Numbered from the stretch's first letter, positions 42,632 to 53,400 are shown. The stretch is DNA of 64,000 nucleotides from Nitrospirae bacterium MYbin3 (GCA_002753335.1 PEAD01000001.1:1-64000); one strand, 5' to 3'. The notes: generated by a model from the sequence alone, not told the origin. Numbers and translations are program-made.

Positions 42632-43414
42632 CAGCTTTTCTCCGAAAGTCCAAGCCTGATTGCCATATTTCTTAGAAACAAGATCTACCGCAAGTTCTTC
42701 TTCATATCGGCTTGGAGTTTCGGTCTTCAGCGTACATCCCAAAGTTTTTTCGAAAGCAGCTTTAACATTTTGTTTAAACCGGTCATAATCCCAATCGTCC
42801 AGGATTTCTTTAATCGCAATCATATGGCTGTCGCTTTTGTTTTTTTGTTTAAATACTGAGCGCTGCAGTTCATAGTTGATCGAATAGGGGATTGACCCTT
42901 GCTGAAGAAAGGCATCCTCCCATCGCTTCTGCGCAGATCCGATAAGTTTTTTGCCTCTGCATGAAACTTCGCCGTAGGATGTGGATTCAAAACATACCGG
43001 GCTTTTTGTCAGGACCGCACCCGATTCTTTTTCAAGTTTCATGGTTACCGGCAGACCTGATTTTTCAAGAGCCTCAGAAAAGGCAAGGCTGATTGCATGA
43101 TAAGTTTCAAAAAGGTTTTTTGCGAACACACCCTCGTTTTTGGCCGAAAAACTGTAGGTCAATTCATCGCCGTGAAGTATGGCCCTTCCTCCGGTAGGTC
43201 TTCTGACAACAGGGATTTGGTGTGCAAAACAGAAATCCGAATCTATATCCGAGATTTTTTGAAAAGAGCCTAAACTTATTGAAACGAGATTCCAGCCGTA
43301 TAGTCTGAGTGTGGGAGTGGATTCGCCTTTTCTAACCGCAGCCGCTATGGCCTCATCGAGCGCCATATTGTAGGCTGCTTCGCATGAGCCTGAATCAAGC
43401 AGCCGCCAAAGCAC
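42602..43414 (-). CDS. Lipoate-protein ligase / octanoyltransferase (LplA/LipM family)
   Basis: [26 protein letters not shown]. Confidence 0.9.
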   Translation of the reverse strand: MLWRLLDSGSCEAAYNMALDEAIAAAVRKGESTPTLRLYGWNLVSISLGSFQKISDIDSDFCFAHQIPVVRRPTGGRAILHGDELTYSFSAKNEGVFAKNLFETYHAISLAFSEALEKSGLPVTMKLEKESGAVLTKSPVCFESTSYGEVSCRGKKLIGSAQKRWEDAFLQQGSIPYSINYELQRSVFKQKNKSDSHMIAIKEILDDWDYDRFKQNVKAAFEKTLGCTLKTETPSRYEEELAVDLVSKKYGNQAWTFGEKLSKTMSLARK

Positions 43415-43419
43415 AGGCT

Positions 43420-43611
43420 CTATTTGCTTTCTTCCAGGAGTATCTTGTGTTTAAGGAGAGAGATTTCCTTTACGCTGCCTTCAAAGGTTTTTTGTTCCCC
43501 GAAAAGGTTTCTAAGGTAAATCCTGCTACCTTCCGGTACAAGCAGGTCAACATTTTCGAGATAAAGATCTTCTTTGCCGTCTTTTACTATGTAGGCGTTG
43601 GCTTCACACAT
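43420..43611 (-). CDS. CooT family nickel-binding protein
   Basis: N-terminal MCEANAY with Cys2, LFGEQK, HKI; about 63 aa. Confidence 0.75.
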   Translation of the reverse strand: MCEANAYIVKDGKEDLYLENVDLLVPEGSRIYLRNLFGEQKTFEGSVKEISLLKHKILLEESK

Positions 43612-44020
43612 TTGCATCCTCCTTCACAGCTTCTATCAATTTTTCTATCAGATGAGGCAGCGGCTCTTTAAGGGTTCCGATAATTTCTACGCCTTCCTGA
43701 TTAAGAGGAATAAGCAGCTTGCGTGCTGATGATGAAGTTATAGCCTCCACCATCTTGGGCGTGAGTTCTCCGAGCATACCGTTGGGAAGCACGATGCTCA
43801 AGGAACCCGCAATTATATCAACCCTGCCGACATTCCAGATTATCGCGTTTTCTCCTGTGGCGCCCTTGTTTGCCCGCGTCTTCATCATTGCTGTTGTTGC
43901 TGTTGAGTTTGTTCCGAGCGCCACAATCTCTACTTTGTCGCCAAAAGCCTCTCGAAGCCTTTTTGTTATCAGGCTTCCGATTCCGCCGCCCTGGCCGTCT
44001 ATAACCGCTATTTTCTTCAT
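43604..44020 (-). CDS. DUF3842 family protein
   Basis: IAVIDGQGGGIG, ALGTNS.AT.AM, ATGENAI, GELTP. Confidence 0.82.
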   Translation of the reverse strand: MKKIAVIDGQGGGIGSLITKRLREAFGDKVEIVALGTNSTATTAMMKTRANKGATGENAIIWNVGRVDIIAGSLSIVLPNGMLGELTPKMVEAITSSSARKLLIPLNQEGVEIIGTLKEPLPHLIEKLIEAVKEDANV

Positions 44021-44137
44021 GTTTTTAAGTATAGAGACTGCTTTGAATGGGTGTCAACCGATTATGGACAAATAGTTCTGCCATATTTCATTATAAAAGT
44101 AAGGGCTTATGCCTTTAACTTTTCCCGGAGGAATGAA

Positions 44138-44902
44138 ATGCTAAACATGAACGCGGTGGATATGGTCCACCACACAATTGATCATAAATTTAAATTCAGA
44201 TGTCATAAAGATATTGCTTGCTTCACCAAATGCTGCAGCGGTATAAACATAATGCTTACGCCCTACGACATTCTAAGGTTGAAAAACAGGCTCGGAATAT
44301 CGTCCGGTGAACTGCTTGGCAAGCACACCTACCTCTATATTGATGAAAAGACCTCGCACCCTTTTATATTCCTGAAAATGAGCAATACGCCTGAACGACT
44401 TTGCCCTTTTTTAAAAGAAGGAGGCTGCAGCATATATGAGGACAGGCCTGCGAACTGCCGCTATTATCCTGTTGGACAGGCTTCGATGAAGAAAACGAAT
44501 GAGGCGACAAATCTGCCTGTGACAGAAGAGTTTTATTTCTTTGTCACAGAACCGCACTGTTTGGGATTTAAAGAGGACAAGGAGTGGACCATAAGAAGCT
44601 GGCGGGATGATCAAGGAGTTGATGTTTACGACGAGATGAACAGAGGCTGGAAGGATATTCTTTTCAGGAAAAACCTGCCTGGACATGAGCTTAACGATAA
44701 GAAGCAAGAGGTCTTTTATATGGCCTGTTACGACCTGGACCGGTTTAGGGATTTTGTGTTCAAAAGCGGTTTTCTTGATAAATTCGATGTTGATGCTCAA
44801 AAGGTCGAAAAGATCAAGAATGATGAAACCGAGCTTATGAAATTTGGTTTCGAATACACGAAGTTTATCTTGATGATGGAGCAGACGCTCAAACTGAAGT
44901 AA
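44138..44902 (+). CDS. YkgJ family Cys-cluster protein
   Basis: FRCHKDIACFTKCC, LTPYD, CPFL...CSIYEDRPANCRYYP. Start placed after RBS ggagg. Confidence 0.85.
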   Translation: MLNMNAVDMVHHTIDHKFKFRCHKDIACFTKCCSGINIMLTPYDILRLKNRLGISSGELLGKHTYLYIDEKTSHPFIFLKMSNTPERLCPFLKEGGCSIYEDRPANCRYYPVGQASMKKTNEATNLPVTEEFYFFVTEPHCLGFKEDKEWTIRSWRDDQGVDVYDEMNRGWKDILFRKNLPGHELNDKKQEVFYMACYDLDRFRDFVFKSGFLDKFDVDAQKVEKIKNDETELMKFGFEYTKFILMMEQTLKLK

Positions 44903-44924
44903 CTTTGCAGAGGAATCTAAATTT

Positions 44925-45914
44925 TCAGTAAGGCGGGATGATTATCTTTTTTTCGGACCGTCGGATCTCTTCTATCAGCGCAGTCATCTCCTGCAGCGTT
45001 GCTGCTTTAAAAGCCTTTTCTTTATAGTGACGTATTTCGGCAAGGCCACGGATGTACCAGACAAAATATTTTCTAAAAAGCATCACGCCTCTTCTTTCGC
45101 CTTTTTCTCCTATGCATAAGTTGAGGTGTCTTGTCATTGTATTTGCGGTTTCGTCGAGCGAAGGCCTTTCAGGAACAATACCGTTTTTTAGATATTCCTG
45201 AATGTCCCGAAATATCCATGGATTGCCGAGAGCTCCGCGCGCAACAGCAACTCCGTCACAGCCTGTTTCATCAAACATTTTTTTGACCAGCTGAGGGGAA
45301 AGACAGTCACCGCTGGCTATCACAGGTATCTGCAGTGCCTGTTTAACCTCTTTTATAACTGCATAATCTACGCGTCCGCGATACCCCTGCACCCTTGTCC
45401 TGCCGTGAATAAAGAGGGCATTGATGCCTGCGTCCTGCGCAAGCAGCGCAATATTTTTTGCATTCACAGAACGTTCATCCCATCCTGCTCTTATCTTCAG
45501 AGTTACCGGAGCTTCCGCGCCTCTGACCATAATCTTAAGCAGCCGCTCCAATTTTGCAGGGGCTTTTAAAAGAGCTGCGCCGGCGCCTTTGGCCGTTACC
45601 TTGCCGACAGGGCAGGCTGCATTAAAATCTATCAGTTCAAAACCGAAACTGTTTGCAAGTTCGAGCGCTTTTCCCAGCGAAACTTCATCCTCTCCCAGCA
45701 GCTGAAGGCCGATCGGCCTGTCGGCCGGATTTGAAGGGATCATTCTGAGTGTGTTTTTGCTGCGGTATGCGAGCGCCTTGGCGCTTATCATTTCTGAGAA
45801 CGCAAAGACGCAGCCTGCTTGGCGCGTAATCAGCCTGAAAGGAAAGTCTGCAACCCCGGCCATTGGGGCTAAGATGCATTTAGAGGGTATATTTAAAACG
45901 CCTATTTTAAGCAT
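44925..45914 (-). CDS. dusB: tRNA-dihydrouridine synthase
   Basis: LAPMAGV, DFNAACP, KIRAGW, HGRT, ARGALGNPW. Probable ATG at 45914. Confidence 0.9.
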   Translation of the reverse strand: MLKIGVLNIPSKCILAPMAGVADFPFRLITRQAGCVFAFSEMISAKALAYRSKNTLRMIPSNPADRPIGLQLLGEDEVSLGKALELANSFGFELIDFNAACPVGKVTAKGAGAALLKAPAKLERLLKIMVRGAEAPVTLKIRAGWDERSVNAKNIALLAQDAGINALFIHGRTRVQGYRGRVDYAVIKEVKQALQIPVIASGDCLSPQLVKKMFDETGCDGVAVARGALGNPWIFRDIQEYLKNGIVPERPSLDETANTMTRHLNLCIGEKGERRGVMLFRKYFVWYIRGLAEIRHYKEKAFKAATLQEMTALIEEIRRSEKKIIIPPY

Positions 45915-45941
45915 TTCGATAGTTTTTTGAAATAGCAGCAA

Positions 45942-46029
45942 ACCACAGAGCACTCAGAGAAGCAACCATACAAAAAGAGCTCACAGAGTTTTGAATCTCT
46001 AAATTTTTCTCCTCCGTGTTCTCTGTGGT
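45942..46029. repeat. Palindromic intergenic repeat, copy 3
   Basis: ACCACAGAGCACTCAGAGA ... CTCACAGAG ... CCTCCGTGTTCTCTGTGGT. Confidence 0.72.
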
Positions 46030-46110
46030 GAATGTTTTTTCTGATTTTTAGCTTCACATTCAAAAACCTTTTCTATTATTATATCCAATTAACAGGAGGC
46101 TAAGAGAAAA

Positions 46111-46884
46111 TTGAGAAAATTTGGGAACCTGCAAGCAGTTTACATGTCCTTTTATTCGAAAGAGCTTTATCAGGATATCGCAAAGAACTGGTCAGGTCTT
46201 TGCATTTCTTATTTTTTTCTGCTGATAATGCTTTACCTTGTGCCAGAAATGTCACGCTTTCACCAAACAATAGCCGAATATGTGGATGAGCATTCGCCCA
46301 AGTTATTAGCTCAGGTTCCTGTCATAAACATACAAAAGGGACAGGTTTCGATGGATATGGATTCTCCTCATGTGATACCTTATCCCAACAAACAGGATCC
46401 TTTAGTCATCATTGATGTTTCCGGAACAATCAATTCTCTAGATAATTCTACCGCGTTGGTGCTGTTGACCCAAAACCGGCTGCTGATAAAAAGAGATGCT
46501 AATGATGTAAGGATCATAGATCTTAAAGAGGTGGATGGCCTTAGCATAGACAAAAAACGCGTTGGTGATTGGATAGAGCTTTTTAAAAACTGGATCTCGA
46601 TCATAATCTTTCCTGTTGTTTTCGCAATAACTACTGTGCTTTATTTTCTGCTCGCGATGCTTGCGGTATCGGTGGGCAGGCTTTTTGCCAAACTGCTGAA
46701 TGCTGACCTAAACTTTCAGGCAATTTTACGGCTCTCTATCGTGTCATTCACACCAGCAACCGCCTTGCAGGCAGCGCATTCGCTTCTGGATATTGATTTC
46801 CCAATGGGGATGTCGGTCTCATTTCTGCTCGCCCTAGGCTATCTTTACAACGCAATTTCGGTAAACACAGCGAAAGAAGAATAG
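46111..46884 (+). CDS. DUF1189-like membrane protein
   Basis: SFYSKELY motif, one TM, a periplasmic domain and three C-terminal TMs. TTG start with RBS aggagg. Confidence 0.7.
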   Translation: MRKFGNLQAVYMSFYSKELYQDIAKNWSGLCISYFFLLIMLYLVPEMSRFHQTIAEYVDEHSPKLLAQVPVINIQKGQVSMDMDSPHVIPYPNKQDPLVIIDVSGTINSLDNSTALVLLTQNRLLIKRDANDVRIIDLKEVDGLSIDKKRVGDWIELFKNWISIIIFPVVFAITTVLYFLLAMLAVSVGRLFAKLLNADLNFQAILRLSIVSFTPATALQAAHSLLDIDFPMGMSVSFLLALGYLYNAISVNTAKEE

Positions 46885-46885
46885 T

Positions 46886-47527
46886 TCAGGATATCTTTAT
46901 CTCGATTAGATTCGGGAGCGTCTTCAGGCTGCTGTAGAGCTGTTTTAATTGAGCTTGGCTGCTGTATTTAACCGACACCTCAATTTCACAGTTGTTGTCC
47001 TTTGCATTATACTTGTGCTTGGTTTCGAGCGCCTTTATTTTAAAAGCGCCGATACGCTCTTTTATATCAAGTTCCTCTATGCCTGAGGTCCTGATAGTGA
47101 GGAAAGCATACATCTCTTTAGGCAGAATGGTTTCCATATGCTTCAGGATTATCAGATTCGCTATTACAAGCAGCGTTGCAAAACCTCCGAGCCCGTATTC
47201 CCCAAAGCCTACAGCCATACCTATTGCGCTGACCATCCAGAGAGAGGCTGCGGTGGTAAGGCCTCTTATATAATTGCCGTGTTTGAGTATCGCACCTGCG
47301 CCCAAGAAACCGATGCCGGTTATTATCTGCGCAGCTATCCTTCCCGGATCGGCCGGTTTGCCGTAAATTTCGAATACTTTGATCGAAATAATAGTGAAAA
47401 GACATGAGCCCACGCAAACTATTAGCTGGGTGCGGAAGCCCGCATATTGGCCGCGTATTCGGCGTTCTATGCCTACCAGCCCGCCATAAACAGCCGCCAC
47501 AAAAAGCTTTGCGAACTCTTCAACCAT
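46886..47527 (-). CDS. MgtC/SapB family membrane protein
   Basis: GIER, AGFRT, DPGRIAAQIITGIGFLGAG, GLTTAA. Confidence 0.92.
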   Translation of the reverse strand: MVEEFAKLFVAAVYGGLVGIERRIRGQYAGFRTQLIVCVGSCLFTIISIKVFEIYGKPADPGRIAAQIITGIGFLGAGAILKHGNYIRGLTTAASLWMVSAIGMAVGFGEYGLGGFATLLVIANLIILKHMETILPKEMYAFLTIRTSGIEELDIKERIGAFKIKALETKHKYNAKDNNCEIEVSVKYSSQAQLKQLYSSLKTLPNLIEIKIS

Positions 47528-47530
47528 CGC

Positions 47531-48514
47531 TTATTTTATGGGAGGGAAAATTTTGACTATGCCCCACGCAAGGGCTATGCAGACGGGCAGTGTAAGCAGC
47601 CATGCCATCAGTATCTTGCCTGCTATGCCCCACCTGACTGCCGACAGCCGTTTGGTTGCGCCGACACCGAGTATTGACGAGGATATAACATGAGTTGTGC
47701 TCACAGGCATGCCTAAATGGCTTGCGGTGAGTATAGTGAGGGTTGCGGATGTCTCTGCCGCAAAACCATGAATGGGCTCAAGCTTGAGCATCTTGACCCC
47801 AAGGGTTTTTATAATTTTCCATCCGCCAAAGAGTGTTCCTACACCCATGGCCAGCGCAGAAACAAGCATAACCCAACCCGGAACTTCCAGTGTCTGGATT
47901 GTTCCGGCGCTAAAAAGAGCCATCGTGATTATTCCCATGACCTTCTGGGCATCATTTGAGCCATGGCCCAAGGCCATCATAGCGGAAGAAAGTATCTGGA
48001 GTCTTGCAAAATGCTTGCTGATAGTTCCGGGCGCAAGCCGCCCGAAAATGTAGAGTATAAGCTTCATAAACATATATCCAATCGCAAAACCAACTACCGG
48101 CGAAATCAGCAGCACAATGACAATCTTGGATATGCCGGCAAAGTTCAGCAGCCCCACTCCGCCGTGAGAAACGGATGCGCCTATAATACCGCCTATTAAT
48201 GCGTGTGAAGAGCTTACCGGCAGCCCCATCAATATCGTTATAAGGTTCCAGAGAAAGGCGCTTAACAAAGCCGCGATTATTACTACGTCGGTTATGGCTT
48301 TTGGATCAACAATGCCTTTGCCCATTGTCTTTGCGACAGCGGTTGTAAGAAACGCGCCTAAAATGTTCATTATCGCCGCAAGGGAAACTGCTACGGTTGG
48401 GGAAAGCACCCTCGTCGAAACTACTGTGGCTATTGCGTTGGCGCAATCGTGCCAACCATTGCTTATATCGAAGATAATAGCAAGGACTATAAGAAGAATA
48501 AGGATTTCATGCAT
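47531..48514 (-). CDS. pit: Inorganic phosphate transporter (PiT family)
   Basis: NGWHDCANAIAT, PVSSSH, HGSNDAQK, PVSTTH. Confidence 0.93.
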   Translation of the reverse strand: MHEILILLIVLAIIFDISNGWHDCANAIATVVSTRVLSPTVAVSLAAIMNILGAFLTTAVAKTMGKGIVDPKAITDVVIIAALLSAFLWNLITILMGLPVSSSHALIGGIIGASVSHGGVGLLNFAGISKIVIVLLISPVVGFAIGYMFMKLILYIFGRLAPGTISKHFARLQILSSAMMALGHGSNDAQKVMGIITMALFSAGTIQTLEVPGWVMLVSALAMGVGTLFGGWKIIKTLGVKMLKLEPIHGFAAETSATLTILTASHLGMPVSTTHVISSSILGVGATKRLSAVRWGIAGKILMAWLLTLPVCIALAWGIVKIFPPIK

Positions 48515-49124
48515 TTTTGAGGACTATAGCTTCGAGTATGTTGGCGATGTCTTCGCATTTGTCCGAGGCATCTTCGAGATGCTGGTAAACATCTTTCCAT
48601 TTGATTATGAATATGGGATCGTTGGTTTCATTAACAAGGGTTCCGAGCGCATCCCTGAACTTTCTGTCTATACGGTTTTCGAGCCTGTTTATCTCTATGC
48701 AGTATTCCTGCACATGCGAGTACTGTTTGGCGCGCAGGCTGTTGAGCGCCTTTTGGAGCATCTCGGCAGTAAGAAGCAGGTCTTCGGATATCGAGATTGC
48801 TGCAACCGTCGGTTTGGTTATCATGTAAACAGACATTCTGTCGGTGCCGCTCCAGATAAGGTCTAATACATCGTCAATGCGTGCTGCGAGGGCATGTATG
48901 TCCTCTCTGTCAATTGGGGTCAGAAAGGTTTTGTTCAGTTCCTTCATTATCTCATGTGTGAGTATATCCCCTTCGTGCTCACAGTCGTATATGGCCTTGG
49001 TTTTCTTCTCTATGTCCTCATAGTTTTTCATAAGGTCAACGAGAATTGTCGAGGCCTTTAAGAGGTTTGCGAGCGCCTTGTCGAATATTTCGAAAAAGTC
49101 TATTTTGTGTGGAAATAAGCCCAT
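48507..49124 (-). CDS. DUF47 / PhoU-like phosphate transport regulator
   Basis: EHEGD, TFLTPIDREDI, LENRID, DKCED; coupled to pit. Confidence 0.9.
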   Translation of the reverse strand: MGLFPHKIDFFEIFDKALANLLKASTILVDLMKNYEDIEKKTKAIYDCEHEGDILTHEIMKELNKTFLTPIDREDIHALAARIDDVLDLIWSGTDRMSVYMITKPTVAAISISEDLLLTAEMLQKALNSLRAKQYSHVQEYCIEINRLENRIDRKFRDALGTLVNETNDPIFIIKWKDVYQHLEDASDKCEDIANILEAIVLKNA

Positions 49125-49207
49125 GGTTTAATAAGATAAACAAAGGCAGGTTATTTAGTCAATTTAAACATAGAATAAACTCCGGCAACTTTGTTATATT
49201 CAAAAAT

Positions 49208-50548
49208 ATGTTTGTTACAAGATTGTTTATTATTATTGTTTGCCTGTTTTTTGCTTCTGGCTCGCATGCTTCACAGATCAAAGAATACAGGCTTAAAAAT
49301 GGCTTAAAGGTGCTGATAATAGAGGATCATAAGGCGCCGCTCGCCACTTTTCAGATATGGTACAGAGTCGGGTCTATGGATGAGCCGACAGGCAAGACAG
49401 GCATAAGCCACCTGCTCGAGCATATGATGTTCAAAGGAACCCCGAAATACGGCTCGAAGGTCTTCTCGAACATAATCCAGAAAAACGGCGGTGGCGATAA
49501 CGCGCATACCAGCAAGGATTATACGATGTATTTTCAGACGCTCTCTTCCGACCGGCTGCATCTTTCGATAAAGCTCGAAGCTGACAGAATGAGAAACCTC
49601 CTCTTGAGTCCCAAGGAGGTTGCCTCCGAAAAGAATGTTGTAATGGAAGAGAGGCGCATGAGGTATGAGGATTCGCCGCAGAATCTGCTTTATGAAGAAG
49701 TGATAGCAGCCTCGATGAAAACGCATTCCTACCGTTGGCCTGTCATAGGGTGGATGTCGGATATCGCCTCGATAGAAAGAAAAGACCTTTTTGAACATTA
49801 TAGCAAAATGTATTCTCCGGATAATGCTTTCATAGTGATAGCAGGCGATGTTAATCCGGAAAAAATAATGAAGGATATTAAAAAGAATTTCGGCAAAATT
49901 AAGCCTGCGCGGTTAAGCAAAAAAAATACGATTAAAAGTGTTGTCAATTCAGAGCCTAAACAGAACGGCGAACGCAGGATATACCTGAAAAAAGAGGCTG
50001 AACTGCCTTATATTGTCATGGCTTACCATACGCCGAGTTTTCCGGACAATGACAGCTTTGCACTTGATGTATTGGCCACGGTGCTGTCGGACGGCAAGAG
50101 CTCAAGGCTGTATAAAAGCCTTGTTTACGAAAAAAAGGTGGCGCTTAATTCAGGAGCGGATTATAACGGCTTCCATCGCGCTCCGTTTCTTTTCACTTTC
50201 GGTGCGAACGCCGCACCCGCAAAGAGCGTGGAAGAAATAGAAAAGACTATTTATGAAGAAATAGAAAAAATAAAAAAAGAGCCCCCTTCTGAAAGAGAGC
50301 TGCAGAAAGCAAAGAATCAGATAGAGTCCTCTTTTGTATTTGCGCAGGATGCTACCTATACAAAAGCTTATTACTCCGGCATGTTCGAAATGCTTGGGGA
50401 CTGGAGGCTGATGGATAAATATTTAGAGGGTATTCGCAAAGTTACTGCCTATGATTTGCAGACTGTTGCCAAAAAATATTTATACGAATCCAACAGAACG
50501 GTCGGAATCCTTATACCGCAGAAAAAGAAAGGCACGCAAAGTGAATAG
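49208..50548 (+). CDS. M16 family zinc peptidase, catalytic subunit
   Basis: Signal peptide, LKNGLKV, and inverted zinc motif HLLEH. Probable ATG at 49208. Confidence 0.92.
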   Translation: MFVTRLFIIIVCLFFASGSHASQIKEYRLKNGLKVLIIEDHKAPLATFQIWYRVGSMDEPTGKTGISHLLEHMMFKGTPKYGSKVFSNIIQKNGGGDNAHTSKDYTMYFQTLSSDRLHLSIKLEADRMRNLLLSPKEVASEKNVVMEERRMRYEDSPQNLLYEEVIAASMKTHSYRWPVIGWMSDIASIERKDLFEHYSKMYSPDNAFIVIAGDVNPEKIMKDIKKNFGKIKPARLSKKNTIKSVVNSEPKQNGERRIYLKKEAELPYIVMAYHTPSFPDNDSFALDVLATVLSDGKSSRLYKSLVYEKKVALNSGADYNGFHRAPFLFTFGANAAPAKSVEEIEKTIYEEIEKIKKEPPSERELQKAKNQIESSFVFAQDATYTKAYYSGMFEMLGDWRLMDKYLEGIRKVTAYDLQTVAKKYLYESNRTVGILIPQKKKGTQSE

Positions 50549-51902
50549 CAATAAAGTCATCCGACAGTTTTTCACGACAGCCATAATTCTGGCAATACTT
50601 TCATTTTCCGCCGAAAGTTTTGCGCTTGATATTGCAAAACAGACCCTTCCGAACGGACTGAAGGTTTTTCATTCTGAGCGTAAAAACCTGCCTATTGTTG
50701 TTTTAACTCTTTTAATAAAGACCTCTTCTCTCAATGAGACTGATGAAAAAGCGGGCACCGCATCCTTGACCGCAAAACTGTTGACCGAAGGAACAACAAA
50801 CCGAAGCTCCATACAGATCAGTGAAGAGATAGATTTCTTGGGCGCATCTATTGGTGCCGGTGCAAATAAAGATTACACAACCGTAAGCCTCGGTGTGCTT
50901 AAAAAAGATCTGCAGAAAGGATTTGAGCTTTTTGCTGATATTCTTCTTAAGCCCTCATTCCCGGAAGAAGAGCTTAAGCGGAAAAAAGAACAGCTTAAAG
51001 GCATGCTTAAAAGGCAGGAGGATGAGCCGGGGTTTCTCGCTGACAAAGCTTTTATCAGAGAGGTTTTTGGCAGCCATCCCTATGGCAGACTCTCTGAAGG
51101 AAGCGTAGAGAGCATCGATAAAATCACACGTAAGGACCTTGCCGATTTTTACAGGGCAAATTACAGGCCGGATAATGCTTTGTTGACCGTTGCGGGCGAT
51201 ATTTCAAAAACCGAGCTGGATGCGCTTATTGATCGATATCTTAAAAGCTGGACTGTAGCTGAAGTTGCCGCTCCTTCTACCCATAAAGCTCCCGAAAACA
51301 TACAGCGTAATGCTCCGAAAGTGGTCATTATTGACAAAAATATTACTCAGGCAAATATCATCTTGGGACATGCCGGAATATCTAGAGAAAATCCAGATTA
51401 TTATGCGGTATCGGTGATGAACTATATTTTAGGCGGGGGCGGGTTTGCATCAAGACTTATGAAGATTGTACGCGACGATATGGGGCTAGCGTATTCAATT
51501 CATAGCAGTTTTGCGAGCAATAAATAGTCTGGGGCATTCGAAGTTGAGGTTCAGACCAAGAATGAATCGGCTGATGTTGTGGTAAAAGAAATTCTTAAAC
51601 AGATGCAAAGAATGAGGTCGGAATATGTATCTGAACAGGAGCTTTCGGATGCAAAGGCTTATCTGACAGGCAGCTTCCCGAGAAGGCTCGAAACAACATC
51701 TAAGATAGTAGATTTTATATCAGCGGTTCAGTTCTTTAATTTAGGCGACGACTATATTCAAAAATATCCTTCCTACATCAAAAGCATCACAAAAGAAGAT
51801 GTCCGCAGGGTTGCAGAAAAATATCTCAATCCTGAGGCTTATGTGCTGGTGCTTGTGGGCAGGCAGAGCGAAATGAAGCTGCATCAGCTCCAAGCACCTT
51901 GA
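50541..51902 (+). pseudogene. M16 family peptidase, non-catalytic partner subunit, interrupted by in-frame TAG at 51525-51527
   Basis: ORFs ending at 51527 and starting at 51579 are in frame. The sequence reads VRDDMGLAYSIHSSFASNK*SGAFEVEVQTKN across the stop. No HxxEH motif. GTG 50541 overlaps the upstream gene. Confidence 0.8.
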
Positions 51903-52602
51903 GCCTTCGGAATATATAGACGAGCTCCGATATCGATATCTGGCCGGGCGCGGTCGGCTGAGAAACATAGCCATAAGTTATCAGAGAACCGCAGAGCGGG
52001 CTGCAGATTCTTGAAGGCAAACCTATATCTCCCATAGAAATAGAGACTATCCCATCATCCCTGTGCTTTAGAGTGAATTCTGTCAGTCTGAACATATCCT
52101 GCCTGCTTTTCCCGGTTACCGCTATTTTTACTAAATCAGCTCCCAAACTTTTTCCTTTTTGAAAAATATCTTCTAGAAAACTATTGTCAGGCGTGTATTC
52201 GAAATTATGATACGAACCCAGAACTATCTTTTCGTGCGTATCACATAGGTGCCGAAGATCCTTGAAGAGTTCCGGCGAGCTTATTTCAACATCAACGATA
52301 TCTGCCAAATTGATAATATTAGAAAATATCGAGAGCCTGTCCGCAATCTCCTGTCTGCCGCCTTCTGCAACCGAGCGGATAGTTGCAATTATAGGTTTTT
52401 TGTATTTATCAACCGCTTTGCAAAAGATATTTTTAACATGCTTAACGGCAACATCTTCGAACATATCAATACGCAGCTCTAGGATGTCCGCAGCGCCTAC
52501 CGTCGCATTTTCGAGCGTAATAACATCATTGTCCGTAAGGCTGCCGGCTATGAGAGGGAAATCTCCGATTTTTTTTGTGCTGTGGATATAAAGTTCAGGC
52601 AT
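51826..52602 (-). CDS. aroD: Type I 3-dehydroquinate dehydratase
   Basis: ADILELRID, IATIRS..EGG, SYHNF..TP, DLVKIA, SMG..G..SR, TAPGQ. Confidence 0.92.
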   Translation of the reverse strand: MPELYIHSTKKIGDFPLIAGSLTDNDVITLENATVGAADILELRIDMFEDVAVKHVKNIFCKAVDKYKKPIIATIRSVAEGGRQEIADRLSIFSNIINLADIVDVEISSPELFKDLRHLCDTHEKIVLGSYHNFEYTPDNSFLEDIFQKGKSLGADLVKIAVTGKSRQDMFRLTEFTLKHRDDGIVSISMGDIGLPSRICSPLCGSLITYGYVSQPTAPGQISISELVYIFRRLKVLGADAASFRSACPQAPAHKPQD

Positions 52603-52671
52603 GAATCACCTCTAAGTTAAATTTATAATTATTATACTTGACCGCTTTATAAAAAATCCGTTTTCTTCTTC

Positions 52672-53400
52672 TCAGCTCTGTTTTGTGGTATTTATGGCAG
52701 AACGGGCAAGCGCAGCCACACAAACATCGGCAGCACCCTGCTCCAGAAGAGTCCGGGCACACTCGCGGGCTGTGGCTCCTGTTGTGACAACATCATCAAC
52801 CAAAAGAACGCGCAGCCCCTTTACCTCTTCTGACGAACTGAAAGCCCCTTTGAGGTTTTTTTGCCTCTCGTTTCTGTTCAATGAATATTGGGGCATAGTA
52901 GCCCTATTTTTAATAAGCACATTATTCAAAATAGGCATTCCCCCCGCTTTAGAAAGAACGGCCGCAAGCGCAGTCGTCTGGTTAAATCCGCGCTCAATCA
53001 GGCTTGCCTTATGAAGAGGCACAGGAACAATGCAATCGGTGTTTTTAAGCATCGCATTCTTTAACGCTGCGTGCAGAAGAAAAGCGCCCAGCGGAGCAGC
53101 AAGCTTTCTTGCAGAGCAGAATTTAAATCTGTGAATAGCCTCTTTCAATACCCCCTCATATATGCCGTAAAAGGATACCTTTGTAAATGGCTGCTTGTTT
53201 TTAAGGCAAGAATCGCAGACCGAAGCATAATTTGATACTGCTGGTTCTCCACAAACAGGACAGGCGGCGCCTATGTAAGGTTTTATCTTGGCCCAGCAGG
53301 CTGTGCAAAAAGGATCATGCAGAAAAATGTCAGAATTGTTTTTGCAGACAGGACATTTTGATGGGAATAAAACGTTTATTATCAATCCAATATTAAACAT
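52672..53400 (-). CDS. comF: ComF family protein (zinc ribbon plus PRTase)
   Basis: Several CxxC motifs, VPVPLH, RGFNQ, LLVDDVVTTGAT. Confidence 0.9.
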   Translation of the reverse strand: MFNIGLIINVLFPSKCPVCKNNSDIFLHDPFCTACWAKIKPYIGAACPVCGEPAVSNYASVCDSCLKNKQPFTKVSFYGIYEGVLKEAIHRFKFCSARKLAAPLGAFLLHAALKNAMLKNTDCIVPVPLHKASLIERGFNQTTALAAVLSKAGGMPILNNVLIKNRATMPQYSLNRNERQKNLKGAFSSSEEVKGLRVLLVDDVVTTGATARECARTLLEQGAADVCVAALARSAINTTKQS

